From Bugula neritina (lineage: Eukaryota > Animalia > Bryozoa), in the NCBI GenBank assembly GCA_964035545.1, contig OZ037770.1, positions 8,438,973-8,502,972 of the forward strand: DNA of 64,000 bases, given 5' to 3'. Positions 52,562 through 64,000 of the stretch are shown one piece after another. The notes below the pieces were generated by a model. It did no database searches. It was not told the DNA's origin and worked only from the letters and a program-made list of their open reading frames with translations. A program made the position numbers and the translations under genes. Every line of letters starts with the position of its first letter. Positions within the stretch are counted from its first letter, which is position 1.

Positions 52562-55500
52562 TCATAATTCGTCGTCCATTGAATCCTCGTAAGCTAAATA
52601 GACTTGCTCATCAAGATTTTTGCAACCTTCTTCAAAATATTCTTTCCCATATTTCCTTGTTGACTTTCTACCTGACATGATTTCATTAACATAGGTTTCA
52701 ATTTTGGAGCCGTGTGTGTCACTCGAATATCCTGCTTTACTGAAACTCTGGTAAACACACTCCCGAACATGCTCCCTTTCTAACGGTAGAAATGGCACAT
52801 AGGCGCTTATTAATTCTGATTTTATCAGAGAAGAATCTCTAAATCCACCTGAAAAAGAGTGAATGTTCAGTTTGTAATATAAGTGTAGTGTTAGTTTAAA
52901 CATATAGTGGTAGTATATAATATATGCTACCACTATATTAATACTACCACTATATAATATATAAAAGTGGTTCCCAACCTTTTTCATATTATTCCCCCTT
53001 TCATAAATGTCGACTATTAATTTCCCCTCTTTTGAAGAGTGAAAATATTTTATGACTTACTGAATGAGAATATATGATACAATGCAATATATTTTGTCCT
53101 ATTATATTTGCATATAATATAATTATCCTAATATAGTGATATTATCGGTTTTTTATGTTATAACACACAGAGCAGTTCAGTTATTAATGTTATGGCTTCA
53201 TTTGATACTTTTGTGCCAGCTTTCTTAAGCCTGGCTCTGTGTTTGACCAGGCCCATCTTAAGTCTTGATTTAAATCTATTATTAAACCCTAGCAAGACCC
53301 AAGAAATGATGTTCTCAACCCAACGTGCTAAACCTCATACCCCTACTCTCGTATTGAATGAAACAAACATTGTATTGTCTGAAAAAGTGAGATATCTTGG
53401 TGTGTTAGTGGATCAGAATTTGAGATTTCATGAACATGTACAATCAGTAGTAACAACAGCATCAAGAAGAATGTATATTGTGAAGAATTTTGCGTATCTT
53501 AGCTCTAAACCTTTAGCAAATATGCTATTCAAAAGTTTCATCATGTCCCGCATCGCTTATTGTCTACCTACTATTTTTACTTGTATCTATGCCAGTGATA
53601 AAAAGGCTAATCGAAGAATTCTCAAAGATTGCTCAAAACTCGGAATTAAGTATCTAAACATTGATTTGCACATTCAGAAGCTCACTAAAGAACTTGCCAT
53701 CAAATATATAACAGACAATGACCATTTCATCAATAACTTTCTTAGTCAATGCCCTTCTGGAAGATATCGAACCATCAAATATAGAGGGGCATGGGGCAGA
53801 GATAGCTTCTTGCGACATCTTGTAAATACTTTAAACGAGCTTTTATTTTAAATAACCCAACAGAGTTTTGATTTTTTCTCTTATTTTGTTCATTCCTACT
53901 TATTATAGCCAGTATTTACACTGAATTTTGCAACGTGTTGTCATGTTTGTGATATGTAATAAATCAATCAATCAATCAATCAATCAAGTCACTCTGCAGG
54001 TTAAGGCAGTTTCTCTTGTCTTTGAATTGATGAGAATCCTACCTTACATGGAGAGGTGGTGCTATATGGCACCAAAACTCTGCTTTATCAGTTATGTGTG
54101 GGAAAAGTTTGCTTGTTGAAACCCACAATTATTTTAGGTAAAACTGGTGCGTGTAAAAATAGCACAGGTAATAATGGCACTGTAAATAGAAAATTAGGTA
54201 AAAATGGCACACTGATGTTAAATTTTTCCAAACTCAAACCCCAAACCCTCTGGTGACTAGTCAATATTCCGAAGGCCCATTAGTCCGAAGGCCCATTAGT
54301 CCGAAGGCCCATTATTCATTTTCATAAGTTATCACCATTGCGCAGCACTTCATGCTTCAGTGAACACTTAGAGATGAAAAGATACTGAAGCGTACAATAT
54401 TAATTACAGGCTTGCTAGCTGACAGGCTAGTGAATAGCTTGCTGTGTACTTTGTTTATAAAGCAGCCATAATGGAATGTTGATAGATGATGCAGCCCTAA
54501 TTGAGGCAGCTGTTTTCTGGTCATAGTGTAATCTCAGGCTAAACAATCGCAAGTAGGCAACACGTATGCCACCCACATACAGCATTAACAGAGCAAGAAC
54601 TTAAACTAGATTGTGAGTGAAATCAATGATATTCTCAGTGAGGATGCTCTTTACTATCATGTGTCTACTAATTTTCGGACTAATGGACCTTCGGACTAAT
54701 GGACCTTCGGACTAATGGACCTTCGGACTAATGGGCCTTCGGAATATTACCCCAAACCCCAAACCCCTCTACCCCAAGTCGCCAACCCTTGAACCTCCAA
54801 CCCCTAACTCAAACCCTCACCCCCAAGCTCCAGAACCACAAATACAAACTCAAAATCCTCACCTCAAACCCCTCTTTTAAACTCCAAACCCCCACCCCAA
54901 TATTGAAAACATGTGCCATTTTTACATACTTCTCCATTTGCGTCAATATTACCTGTGCCATTTCTACTGGACAACTACCCGCAATGAATCAACTGGGGAA
55001 AATTTCAAATCACTCTCAGTGCTGAATTGTGAACCAACTCAATAAAATCCTCCTGTAACTCCTCTGAAAAATGTTCAACAAAGCGTTGCAATGGGTCACA
55101 TGTCAAGTTAAGAATATAGCGCTTTCTTTTTCGGAGGTAGCTCAGAAAAATGCTGTTAAAATTTTATTACAAGTTTAGAGAGATGCCTAAAAGATTTTTT
55201 GAAAAATGATCTGGAACAGGTGGTGTCCGGTGGCACAGGTAATAATAGCACAAATGGAATATTAGCATTGTAGATTTGAGTTGGGGGTTAGGCGTTCAGG
55301 ATGGGGGGTTTGGGTTTGGGAAAATTTAACACCAGTGTGAGATTTTTAACTGTGCCATTTTTACCTAAAATAGGAGCAGGTTCTTCTCCTATAAAAGTTC
55401 ATTGAGTGTGGGGAAAAACACCATGTTTTTGATAGATGCCACCACTTTAGTGTAACCTTAAAAACATTGCTGCTGCTATGAAAAGCAATGATATGATGAT

Positions 55501-55954
55501 TGTACTCCTGCATTTTTAGGTTCAGATTATTTAGTGTAGCAAATATATTCACTAGGTATGTAGTATACAGTTCATAGAGATTGACTTGCATGGCTGCTGA
55601 AAGTTGGCCTAATGGTTTTTGCATAGTTTTGACCTTTATTCAAAATAGCACGAAGAATAGTTAGGGTAACAGAGAACAGTTAAGGTAGAGTAATTAATAA
55701 ACACCTTCATGTAGAAGTAAACTGAGATTGCAGAATATGGTTTGGTTAAATAGATGAACTAAGATGAAGATTTATAGATATGCATATACATGTAACTTGC
55801 AAGAGCTCAAAAACCGTCAACAAATTGCGTGAATGTTTAAAAATCCAAATCCCCCCCTAAAATGTCCAAATTACCCCCGGGGGGGGGGGAATTCTCCCCA
55901 GGTTGGTAACCACTGATATATAATACATATAGTGGTAGTAGTAATATAGTGGTA

Positions 55955-56051
<97 letters not shown>

Positions 56052-56694
56052 GGTAGTATATATAGTGGTAGTATATATCCATCAATGAGCAGACATTGTG
56101 TTACCTTTTATCTTTTGTTGCAAAGCTTTTAAATTTTCTTGAAAGTATGATATAGATAGAGTTTTCCGAGAAACGTTTGATTGGGTCCATACATCTCTTA
56201 TAAGCTCACCACCGTTATTGCTGATTGCACAAGTGAATATAATAAAAATGATATATTAGAATCAAGGTTGCAGTCAAACTGAAAACACAAAAAAAACATA
56301 GAAGACGGCTCTTGTGGCTTGCCAGAGAAATATACAGATGTACGCTAGCGTGAGATTAAGGTAGCTCTTTGAAAGTTGGTATACAAAATGTAAAGCAGCG
56401 AAATACATCTACAATTGCATGTATTACATAATCTTATAAAACACAAGTCAATTTATGCATTTGTTTCTGGTTCAACATATATAGGCATTTGAGAAGGTCT
56501 CAACTCAGAACATACCTTAAAAAAAAGAATATAGACTTGCTATAATCTACTCCATCTTTTCGGACACCACTCGGATCCAAGAAAGATCTTAAAACATTGA
56601 GCAGCCCATCAGGCATTTCATGAACTTCATTGAATACAAACATCTGATAGGGACACTCAGTGACATTAGTAGTTATCCACTCTTTAATCTGTTC
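52562..56694 (-). CDS. Torsin-family AAA+ protein, last three exons; 5' exons with Walker A not found in the window
   Basis: Exons 56516-56694 (EQIKEWITTNVTECPYQMFVFNEVHEMPDGLLNVLRSFLD...GVDYSKSIFFFLS), 56105-56220 (NNGGELI...) and 52562-52848 (GFRDSSLIKSELISAYVPFLPLEREHVRECV...FEEGCKNL...DDEL*). Torsin hallmarks: FLSN sensor-1, PFLPL, GCK sensor-2. Confidence 0.9.
53192..53986 (+). mobile_element. 5'-truncated non-LTR retrotransposon (CR1/L2/Rex-like RT C-terminus)
   Basis: LNPSKTQEMMF...KVRYLGVLVDQNLRFHEHV...FKSFIMSRIAYC; ends in AATAAA followed by a (TCAA)n tail at ~53958-53986. Confidence 0.85.
54137..54980. mobile_element. MITE with imperfect TIRs (gcacaggtaat...attacctgtgc) and a ccccaaa-rich interior; related inverted partial copy at ~55220-55370
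   Basis: Inverted termini seen by eye; interrupted by the 54263 element. Confidence 0.55.
54263..54748. mobile_element. MITE with 16-bp inverted subterminal repeats
   Basis: aatattccgaaggcccattag plus (tccgaaggcccattag)x2 on the left; (ctaatggaccttcgga)x4 ending ggaatatt on the right. Confidence 0.8.
55955..56048. repeat. (TA)n microsatellite
   Basis: Seen directly in the sequence. Confidence 0.95.
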
Positions 56695-57559
56695 CTATGA
56701 AAATATATATAATATCTTAGTATATCACATATGTATGATTGACTAATTGTTGTGAATCATTGATCGCCAAATATGTCGTTTTGAAAAGACACATGCACTT
56801 TGCAAGCAGTCAAATGAACGTTCAAAGTTTGGTGGAGTCCTATTTAGCTTATTGCAAATGTTGGCAATTTGAATGTGGACTATTCGGAAAAAAGAAAAAT
56901 CTATTTCAATGCTAGCGCGCATGATAGTTTTTTTCTACTGCTTTTAATAATTTTATTTTCTTCAACTAAATAAGTAGGATTTAGGTTGACTTTTTAGTGT
57001 TTCATAGCGTTAACGCTAAAGTCAGAGGTAACCATAAAATATTTATAAATGATATATAGTCACAATTGCTCTGTTTGTTTAGAGAAAAATGGGATTTAGT
57101 CCATTTGTAGGAAACAGATTTTGTTGTATTCAGAAAAACAAGAAGGATCAGAACAGGTAGTGGTGTCAGATAGACAATTTCTATAATCACTGAATTCAAA
57201 CTAAACATAATGTGGTGGCTCATAGAGCTACCATCGTAATAACGGGGAAATGTTAATTCCCCTTATGAGTGCAGCACATGGTCATTGGGATGACCCGGGA
57301 CAGCAGACAACCAATCGGAAGGACTGACTGTTTTTATTAGATATAGCTTCCCGCGTTGTAGTTAGTTAGGCTTAGTCTGGTGAACCGTATAGACCGTATC
57401 GAATAACTGAATGTATTTTGATAACTGTAGTTTTTGTGGATGTATCATTTGTGTAAAATATATTAGTATTAACTCGAATCACACTGGCGAAGTTGATCTA
57501 GCATACTGAACAAGTAGTCACTTGATTGCACACCAACCCACAGTACAAAATTACAACAT

Positions 57560-57577
57560 TGGTGGCAGCAGTGGGAT
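57560..57577 (+). other. Primer-binding site, tRNA-Leu type
   Basis: TGGTGGCAGCAGTGGGAT just after the LTR end; complementary (about 1 mismatch) to the metazoan tRNA-Leu 3' end ATCCCACCGCTGCCACCA. Confidence 0.8.
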
Positions 57578-58468
57578 CCTGTGCACATCAACGATGGAGA
57601 CTGAGGATGCTGGAACACAACCACAGCCGGTAGAAGGTGAGCATAGAGACGATGTTATTCCTGTGAATAATGTAGTAGAAAAGCGAAGAGTTCCGAGGGA
57701 GCTGAACGAAGACCGTTACCGGTTAAAGGCACCCACCTTCACGGGCGAAGAGGAAGTGGAACAATGCATACAAGAGTTTAGCGATGTAATGGATGTCGCC
57801 CAGTGGCCACCCAGAGTGACCCTGCTGAAGCTCAGAATGTCATTGATGGATAAGGCCAAGCCCTATGGGTTAGGGCCAGACATTGATAGTATCTTTGCTT
57901 CTCTACAGGCCCGTTTCGGCATCTCCGCCATAGACGCCCGGGCCCGACTACAGAGGCTGCGGCGTGATCCCCACACCCCGCTACAAGAACATGCCGCCAC
58001 GATGATGAAGCTGGCGCAGATTGCGCATAGTGATCTGCCTCAAGCTAAACTTGAGAGGTATACCTTTGACGCCTTTGTGCAATCCGTCAACGACTTGGGA
58101 CTCCACCATCAATTTCTAGCTAGCGAAGTTACCACAGTCGAAGGCGCTCTGGCAGAAGGAGAAGCTTATCTCTTGGCAAACCAGATGCATAGAAATCGCG
58201 GGGTCTCCCACCAGGTAGAGATAGAGTTTACAGAAGCAGCAGCCGATCGGGAGGCAGGGCCTCCCGCCGCCGCTGCCGCATCCAAAGTCGCCCAACTGAT
58301 CGACATGTTGGCTAAACTGATAACAGCACTGACTCACCAAACCCCAGTAGGTACCGCCTACAAGCCTCCGCGGTCGCCGGCGCCGCCACCGGGGGAAGCA
58401 GTCAGTTTTTGCTAGGAATGTGGAAACCAAAGACATTTCCGCAGATACTGCCCTCTCCTTGCTCTGGG

Positions 58469-58513
58469 GTTAAACTACCGCGGCCCGCAGATGTTCCCCC
58501 CTCCTGCGGGTCG
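58469..58513 (+). promoter_or_regulatory. -1 programmed ribosomal frameshift signal (gag-pol)
   Basis: G_TTA_AAC in the gag frame, 5-nt spacer, 10-bp stem cggcccgcag/ctgcgggtcg; pol is in the -1 frame. Confidence 0.75.
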
Positions 58514-61500
58514 ACGATGAATCCCCCAGAGAAAAGGAAACGTAGGTCACCCAGGTGGGTACCGCGTGCTGACAATCAGGAGTGGCGACAGCCACGGCGG
58601 AAAGGTAAGGGGTCCCGCCCCGCTGTTGCCTTCTCTATGTCACTCCACAACCGATTCGACGGGCTTCCAGCCCACGGACCAGAATGGGAACCAGTGCAGG
58701 CAACAGGAAACTTGCCTTCCCCACCTTCGAGGACACTGGACCACTGTCTCAATCGACCACTTTCCCGACCTATAGCGAGGGAGGTGTTCCCTGCAAGAGT
58801 ACGGCACAAAGAGAGAGTACGGGTACAGCCCCAAGGGAATAGCTATTTCTTACCCGGCAAAATAGCGAGTAAAGCTGTTACCTTCCTGCTTGATTCGGGC
58901 TGTACCACGAACCTCATAAGTCGCAAACTTTTCGATATCCTGAGCACTAGGGTCAGGGGGGAAAATGATTTCGTACAAAGGGGAGTATGGCGTCCTGGCT
59001 GACAGGTCATGCATTCCCTTCTATGGTATAATTGAGCTGACGGGACGCGTCCGAGATCAAGCTATCCAAGAGACGTTTATCGTCAGTCAGCTCAAAGAGG
59101 TCGCTATCCTTGGGATGCCGTTTCTAAAATGGCACGGATGTCACATTGACTTTAGCAAGTCTGCAATAATGATGTCCGGGCGAGAACTCGCCTGTGTCGA
59201 CAAGTTCGGCCTCCCTCTAGTGGGAGGCATGCAGGTAGTATAGAACTGCACTATACCGGGTTGTTCCTGGGCTACTATCCACTGCAGGGCGAATAATAGG
59301 CAGATCTCTAGACTCAGGGTAGTAGAAGGCGCGCTCGAAAGAATTCAACTCGCCAGCAGTTTGAACCAGTTGACTGCGCAAAAAGAGATCTTGGTGCAGT
59401 GCATAAACCCTTTTTACAGAGTCCATAAAACTAATAGCTGGATCTATGCTGGGCCGGTTCCACTTTGTTCAAGAAGAGGGCGTGGGCCCGTCGCTGGGAG
59501 ATACGACAGAAGAGCCCCCTTGACGCCCTTCAAAGGGGCGGGGGACTGTTCCAATACACATCCGGGAGTTATATGGGTGGCTGTGCAAGCAGTGAGGAAT
59601 GCCAGGCTATGGCGAAGTTGCTACGCGACTACGGAGATGTGTTCAGCAGCGGAGATCATGACGTGGGACTGACTGGAGCTGTCAGATACGAGATACCGCT
59701 GACTGCAGGGACAATCCCTATTCGGCAACCCACACGCAGGCTGGGGCCGGAGAAGAAGAAGGAGGTCAGCCGACAAGTCCGGGATCTTCTGGACCGCGGC
59801 CTTATAGAGCCAGCCCACAGTGCATGGAGCTCGTCGATCGTTTTGGTCCAGAAAAAAGACGCAAGTTAGCGATTCTGTGTGGACTACCGCAAGCTCAATA
59901 GCGTGACCATACAGGACGCCTACCCTCTACCTCGTATTGATGAATTCTTGGACGCCCTAGCTGGCATCAAGTATGTTAGACTTGTTGAGCGGTTACTGGC
60001 AGGTCCCTCCGAGTCCTGACGCCCAGGAGAAGGTGGCGTTTATTACACGGGACGGACTGTGGAAGTGGAAGGTGCTGCCATTCGGGTTAACCTCCGCGCT
60101 GGCCACCTTCCAGAGGCTGATGGAGCAAGTCCTCAGCGGACTCCACTAAAAAACACTGCTGATCTACCTCGATGACGTCATCGTGATTTCCCCAGACTTC
60201 GAGACACATGTCAGTCGTCTGTGGGAAGTTTTCGAAAGACTCAGGGGTGCCGGTCTGAAGCTGAAACCTTCCAAGTGCACTCTATTGCAACCGGAGGTTA
60301 AGTACCTGGGGCACGTTGTCGGTCGAAATGGCGTGGCAACGGATCCCAATAAGGTACGGGCGATAGAGGACCGGGTCACCCCCCAAGATTTGATCAGACT
60401 CCGGGCTTTCTTGGGTCTGGTAGGGTATTACAGGCAATACATACCAGACTTTGCGAGGATAGCACAGCCGTTAAACCGGCTCACCGCAAAGGGGGGTGAC
60501 GTGGCAGTGTACCCCGGTCAAACAACAGGCGTTCGACCGCCTCAAAGGTTGCCTACTGACCGCGCCCATTTAGGCCTACCCAGATCCTACTCTGGAGTAT
60601 ATCCTCGACACAGACGCCAGTGACCAGAATGCTGGCGCTGTGCTGTCGTAAGTGCAGGAATGCTGGGAAGTAGTAGTAGCTTACTACAGCAAGTCCTTCT
60701 CACCCAATGAACGAAATTACTGCACTACCTGCAAGGAGTTGCTGGCAGTAATCAAGTCAGTAAAGCACTTCCAACCCTATCTACATTGCAGGAAGTTCCG
60801 GCTGCGTACGGATCATGCCTCCCTGATTTGGTTGTGCAAGAGAGCAGAACCATCCAGTCAGGTCGCCCGATGGCTCGAAATCCTAGCCGAGTTTTCTTAC
60901 CGGATCGAACACCGGCCAGGTAAGCGGCACAGCAATGCAGATGGTTTGAGCCGACGACCTGATGGAGGTTGCAAACAGTGTCTCAACATTGAAAAGAGGG
61001 ATGGAGATCCCCCACGGTGTGAGTTGGAGACACTGGCTCACCAAGGAGCACAGTTTAACTGGGACCAGGGTCAACTCAAATAGAAGGTTGACGAGTCCTC
61101 GGAGGTTGTACGAAATCTCCGCGCCAACCCTGTTTTGGCCGATAATGTCCGGGAGCTGAAGAAGCTTCAGGAAGATCTGCCTAGAGTAGTGGCAGACAAA
61201 TATCGGGCCAAAAAGGAAGGGCGATGACCCAGCGAGGAACAACTTCGGCAGGGATGCTCTGAGTTCCGGCTGCTCCGTCAACGTTGGGACTTGCTGAGGA
61301 TCGGGCAAGATGGTCTGCTGACCATTTCTGTAGCCGCCAACGGCAGACACCCAGAGAGGAAAAGGGTGGTCTGCCCCACTGCTATACGCCGTGAGTTAAA
61401 TTGGGACACTCACAAACAGGCTCACACAGGAGTCCAGAGAGTGATCTCCAAATTACAACTCTGATGGTATCGGCCTAAGATGGGGCGTGATGTCCGACTC

Positions 61501-62089
61501 AGAGTGAAACAGTGTGAAATATGCCAGGCCAGCAAGCATGGCTGTCTCCCTGGTGAAGCGGGACGGTGATAGTTATATGCTGGGTGACCGCGGCAAGTAG
61601 TAGCTGTCGACCTGGATCCTAGTATTAACCGACCACTTCACCAAGTGGGCAGACGCTCTGGCGATCCCAGATGCGTCAGCTCCGACAGTGGTCAGGGTGC
61701 TAGACCAACATGTATTCTGTTACTTCGGCCTCCCCGAACAGATAAATTCTGACCAAGGCCCTCAGTGCATAGGGCAAAACAGTGATAAACGAATAATAAT
61801 AGTTATAGGGAACCACACTACGGCTACAAGTCTAGCCTATCAGGCTGTTTTATCGTGCAACCAATCCTAGTATCACGAGTGGATGGAGCAGATTCTTTAG
61901 TTGGCAATGAATCATTTATGTGTTTATTCATGGTTCCTAGACAGGCATGACAAGCCACATCTGCAATAGGAGACGCAACCTCAAACCACTGGTAAATGTT
62001 GGTATTTGAGGATTGCTTTACAATAACCAGCAAATTCTCTTCTGCCAGTGATGTAGTTTCTGCAGTCTTCGACACTTGATAGTGGTTTC

Positions 62090-64000
62090 TACACAGCAAC
62101 ACTCCTGTGCCCCTTTATGCTACAACTTCGCTTCCCTTGTTTGCAATCATGACTTTATTCTTTGGTCGACCTTCATTGTTAATCTTCACTGCCTGACCTA
62201 TTTCAATCAGCTTCTTTTTTTAGTTCAACGTTTGTTATTGTAATATTTTGCCTGTACTATGTATTGACTAACCTAGGAACTGCCGAAGTTGGCTCACATT
62301 GATACTCTTATCCGGCATGACACCCATAGAGTTTAAAAGCCAACCAAACATGAGTTCAGCTATTGAATAGCTGTTGGTCAATAGCGTATCTTGGTATGCA
62401 CACAACACAGCCAGCAAATTGACATTTTTTTCTCATCAAGTCCTTCACTGTATGGACAGCTCTCTCTGCTTAACTATTCGATTGGTGATATTTCAGAAAG
62501 TTGATCATATGTTTAACATGCTATTTTGACAAAACATATTGAAATCTATCTGACACAAACTGTGGTTCATTATCACTGACTAACAAGTTAAAATCCTCTA
62601 ACAAACAGAAAAGGGTCTCAAACTTGAACACTATAGCATTTGTGTTAGAGGAATCAACGAGTTCATTTGCAGTAACGTACTTACTATAGTTGTCAACCAC
62701 CGCAAAAAATGATCTCCCATCTTAGAAAAGCAGGACAGCCGGCAAAAACGCCACCATAGTCTCCAAGGCCAAGAGGAACTAACCAAAGGCTCTAAAGCAT
62801 TCAATCAAAACTTCCCACACTTGAAACAACTCTTCATTAGTGATCTAATATCGGCTGTCATCCCAGGCCTCTATACCACATCAACTGCCTTAAAATGCAT
62901 TTAGTTTTTTCTGGTGAACATCATGTGTCTCCTTTAACATTCTGTCTCTTTAAACTTGCAAATATAAAAATAGTTGTCAAAATTACCACCCCTTGAACTG
63001 CCGTCAGATTGTCCCTGAATGAGTAAATCTGTTTTGGAGACATGCCAAAATTCTTTGTGCTAGGCTATCATTCTGTAAGATCTTTCAAGAAAATCCCAAC
63101 CTTATCCTCTGTCCAAATGGCAGGCTTGATGCAATCCAGACAAGTTAAAGCATCCATTAGCTCCTGTATCAGCAAAGGTTCTTCTTCAGCTTCCTGTGGC
63201 CCTGTACAAGAAGCCCTAGACAGGGCATTGGCTAGCACCAATTTCCTGCCAGGTGTAAAAACCACATTACAGTTTAAAGACATTCTCAATTTAAACCGTT
63301 GCACCTGGACAAGCTATTTGGCAAATTACTTTTTATCAAGATCTGAGAGCAGAGGCTTGTGTTCAACCTACATCATGAACTGAATACCTGCCAGAAAGTA
63401 GTGGAACTTCTTACAAACCCATTGCAAAGAAATGCCAACACCTCTGACAATCTGCTGGGTCTGTACATATTGTTTTTAGCCCCACTCAGAAACCTATACT
63501 CAAATGCCACAGGCTTCTAAACTCTATCCACTAGCTGCAGCAACGCCACCCCCAAGGCCAAGCGATAACAAGTGTGCACTGAGCATTGTCGCTCTGTGAA
63601 GACTGTATCGAACCATTGACTTCAGCCTTACAGACTTCGGGCATGCAAATTCTTTCTCTTGTTTTGGCTCCCAGTACCAGTCAGAACTTTTTCAAGCAAT
63701 TGACAGAGCTTCCCAAAAAGTTTTGTTTATATAGTTCACTATGCTGGAATGCGGCACAGTTTGTGCCAATTGCAAGAGATTGGAAACCATGTCAAAGTTA
63801 TTGTTTTTCCCTGGTCAACCTTTATACCATCAGGACCTATGGTATGAGCAAGAAACCTGATGTCAGTTTTTCTAAAGATTTTTACATTTCTCTGCATTAA
63901 CGTTTACTCCACTTTCTTAAACTTTCTCAAAGCTTTTTTTATAGCCAGTCATGATGCTCCTATTGGTTTCTTGCATAAATAAAAAAATCATCTATCTGAC
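62090..64000 (-). mobile_element. Second, heavily degenerate Gypsy-type pol (RT-RH-IN), running off the right edge
   Basis: Minus-strand remnants: QIDD...VNAEKC (RT), MQRFKLR...PGRKLVLANALSR (RH end), VVDNYSKY and VSDNEPQFVS (integrase). Confidence 0.8.

Larger units (their letters stand above)
52965..55915 (-). mobile_element. Non-autonomous hAT (Charlie/Buster-like) transposon carrying nested insertions
   Basis: TIRs (a)agtggttcccaacct ... aggttggtaaccactg. Identical 8-bp TSD ATATATAA at 52957-52964 and 55916-55923. Transposase remnant YLVNIFATLNNLNLKMQ...FKVTLKWW at 55361-55624. Confidence 0.85.
57232..61762 (+). mobile_element. Decayed, 3'-truncated Ty3/Gypsy LTR retrotransposon (5' LTR, PBS, gag, PR-RT-RH-IN)
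   Basis: Putative LTR 57232-57558 ending attacaaca. Gag from ATG 57594 with CCHC knuckle C*ECGNQRHFRRYC. Protease [16 protein letters not shown] and YLDD, RNase H DTDAS and TDHASL, integrase H-H-C-C and SDQG. Many stops and frameshifts; no 3' LTR seen. Confidence 0.95.

Noticed and set aside
53192-53851. Independent host gene nested in the torsin intron
   Set aside because: It is the C-terminal part of a LINE reverse transcriptase with a simple-repeat tail.
19061-56694. Functional cluster of nuclear-envelope genes (NUP205 plus torsin)
   Set aside because: The genes are separated by SCYL3 and nothing suggests co-regulation; adjacency is probably incidental without synteny data.

Overview
AT-rich, intron-rich animal (invertebrate-like) genomic DNA; the species cannot be determined from the sequence. 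Four spliced genes were reconstructed by hand from splice sites, phase continuity and recalled family motifs. (1) A partial minus-strand gene with two PH domains (1..~10.4 kb, 5' end unresolved). (2) A complete 39-exon NUP205 (minus, 19061..42449) with one GC-AG intron. (3) A complete 11-coding-exon SCYL3/PACE-1 pseudokinase (plus, 43432..51693), head-to-head with NUP205. (4) The last three exons of a torsin-family AAA+ gene (minus, 52562..56694) with a D-to-N Walker B change and a C-terminal DDEL. The torsin introns hold a nested hAT > LINE + MITE > MITE stack and two decayed Ty3/Gypsy elements, one retaining a textbook -1 frameshift signal. The most unusual pattern is that many introns are filled with intron-specific minisatellites. 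In at least six NUP205 introns the repeat unit spans the real exon-intron junction, so one splice site is reiterated about 6-30 times as AG|GT-containing copies. Most ORFs in the supplied track are repeat artefacts.
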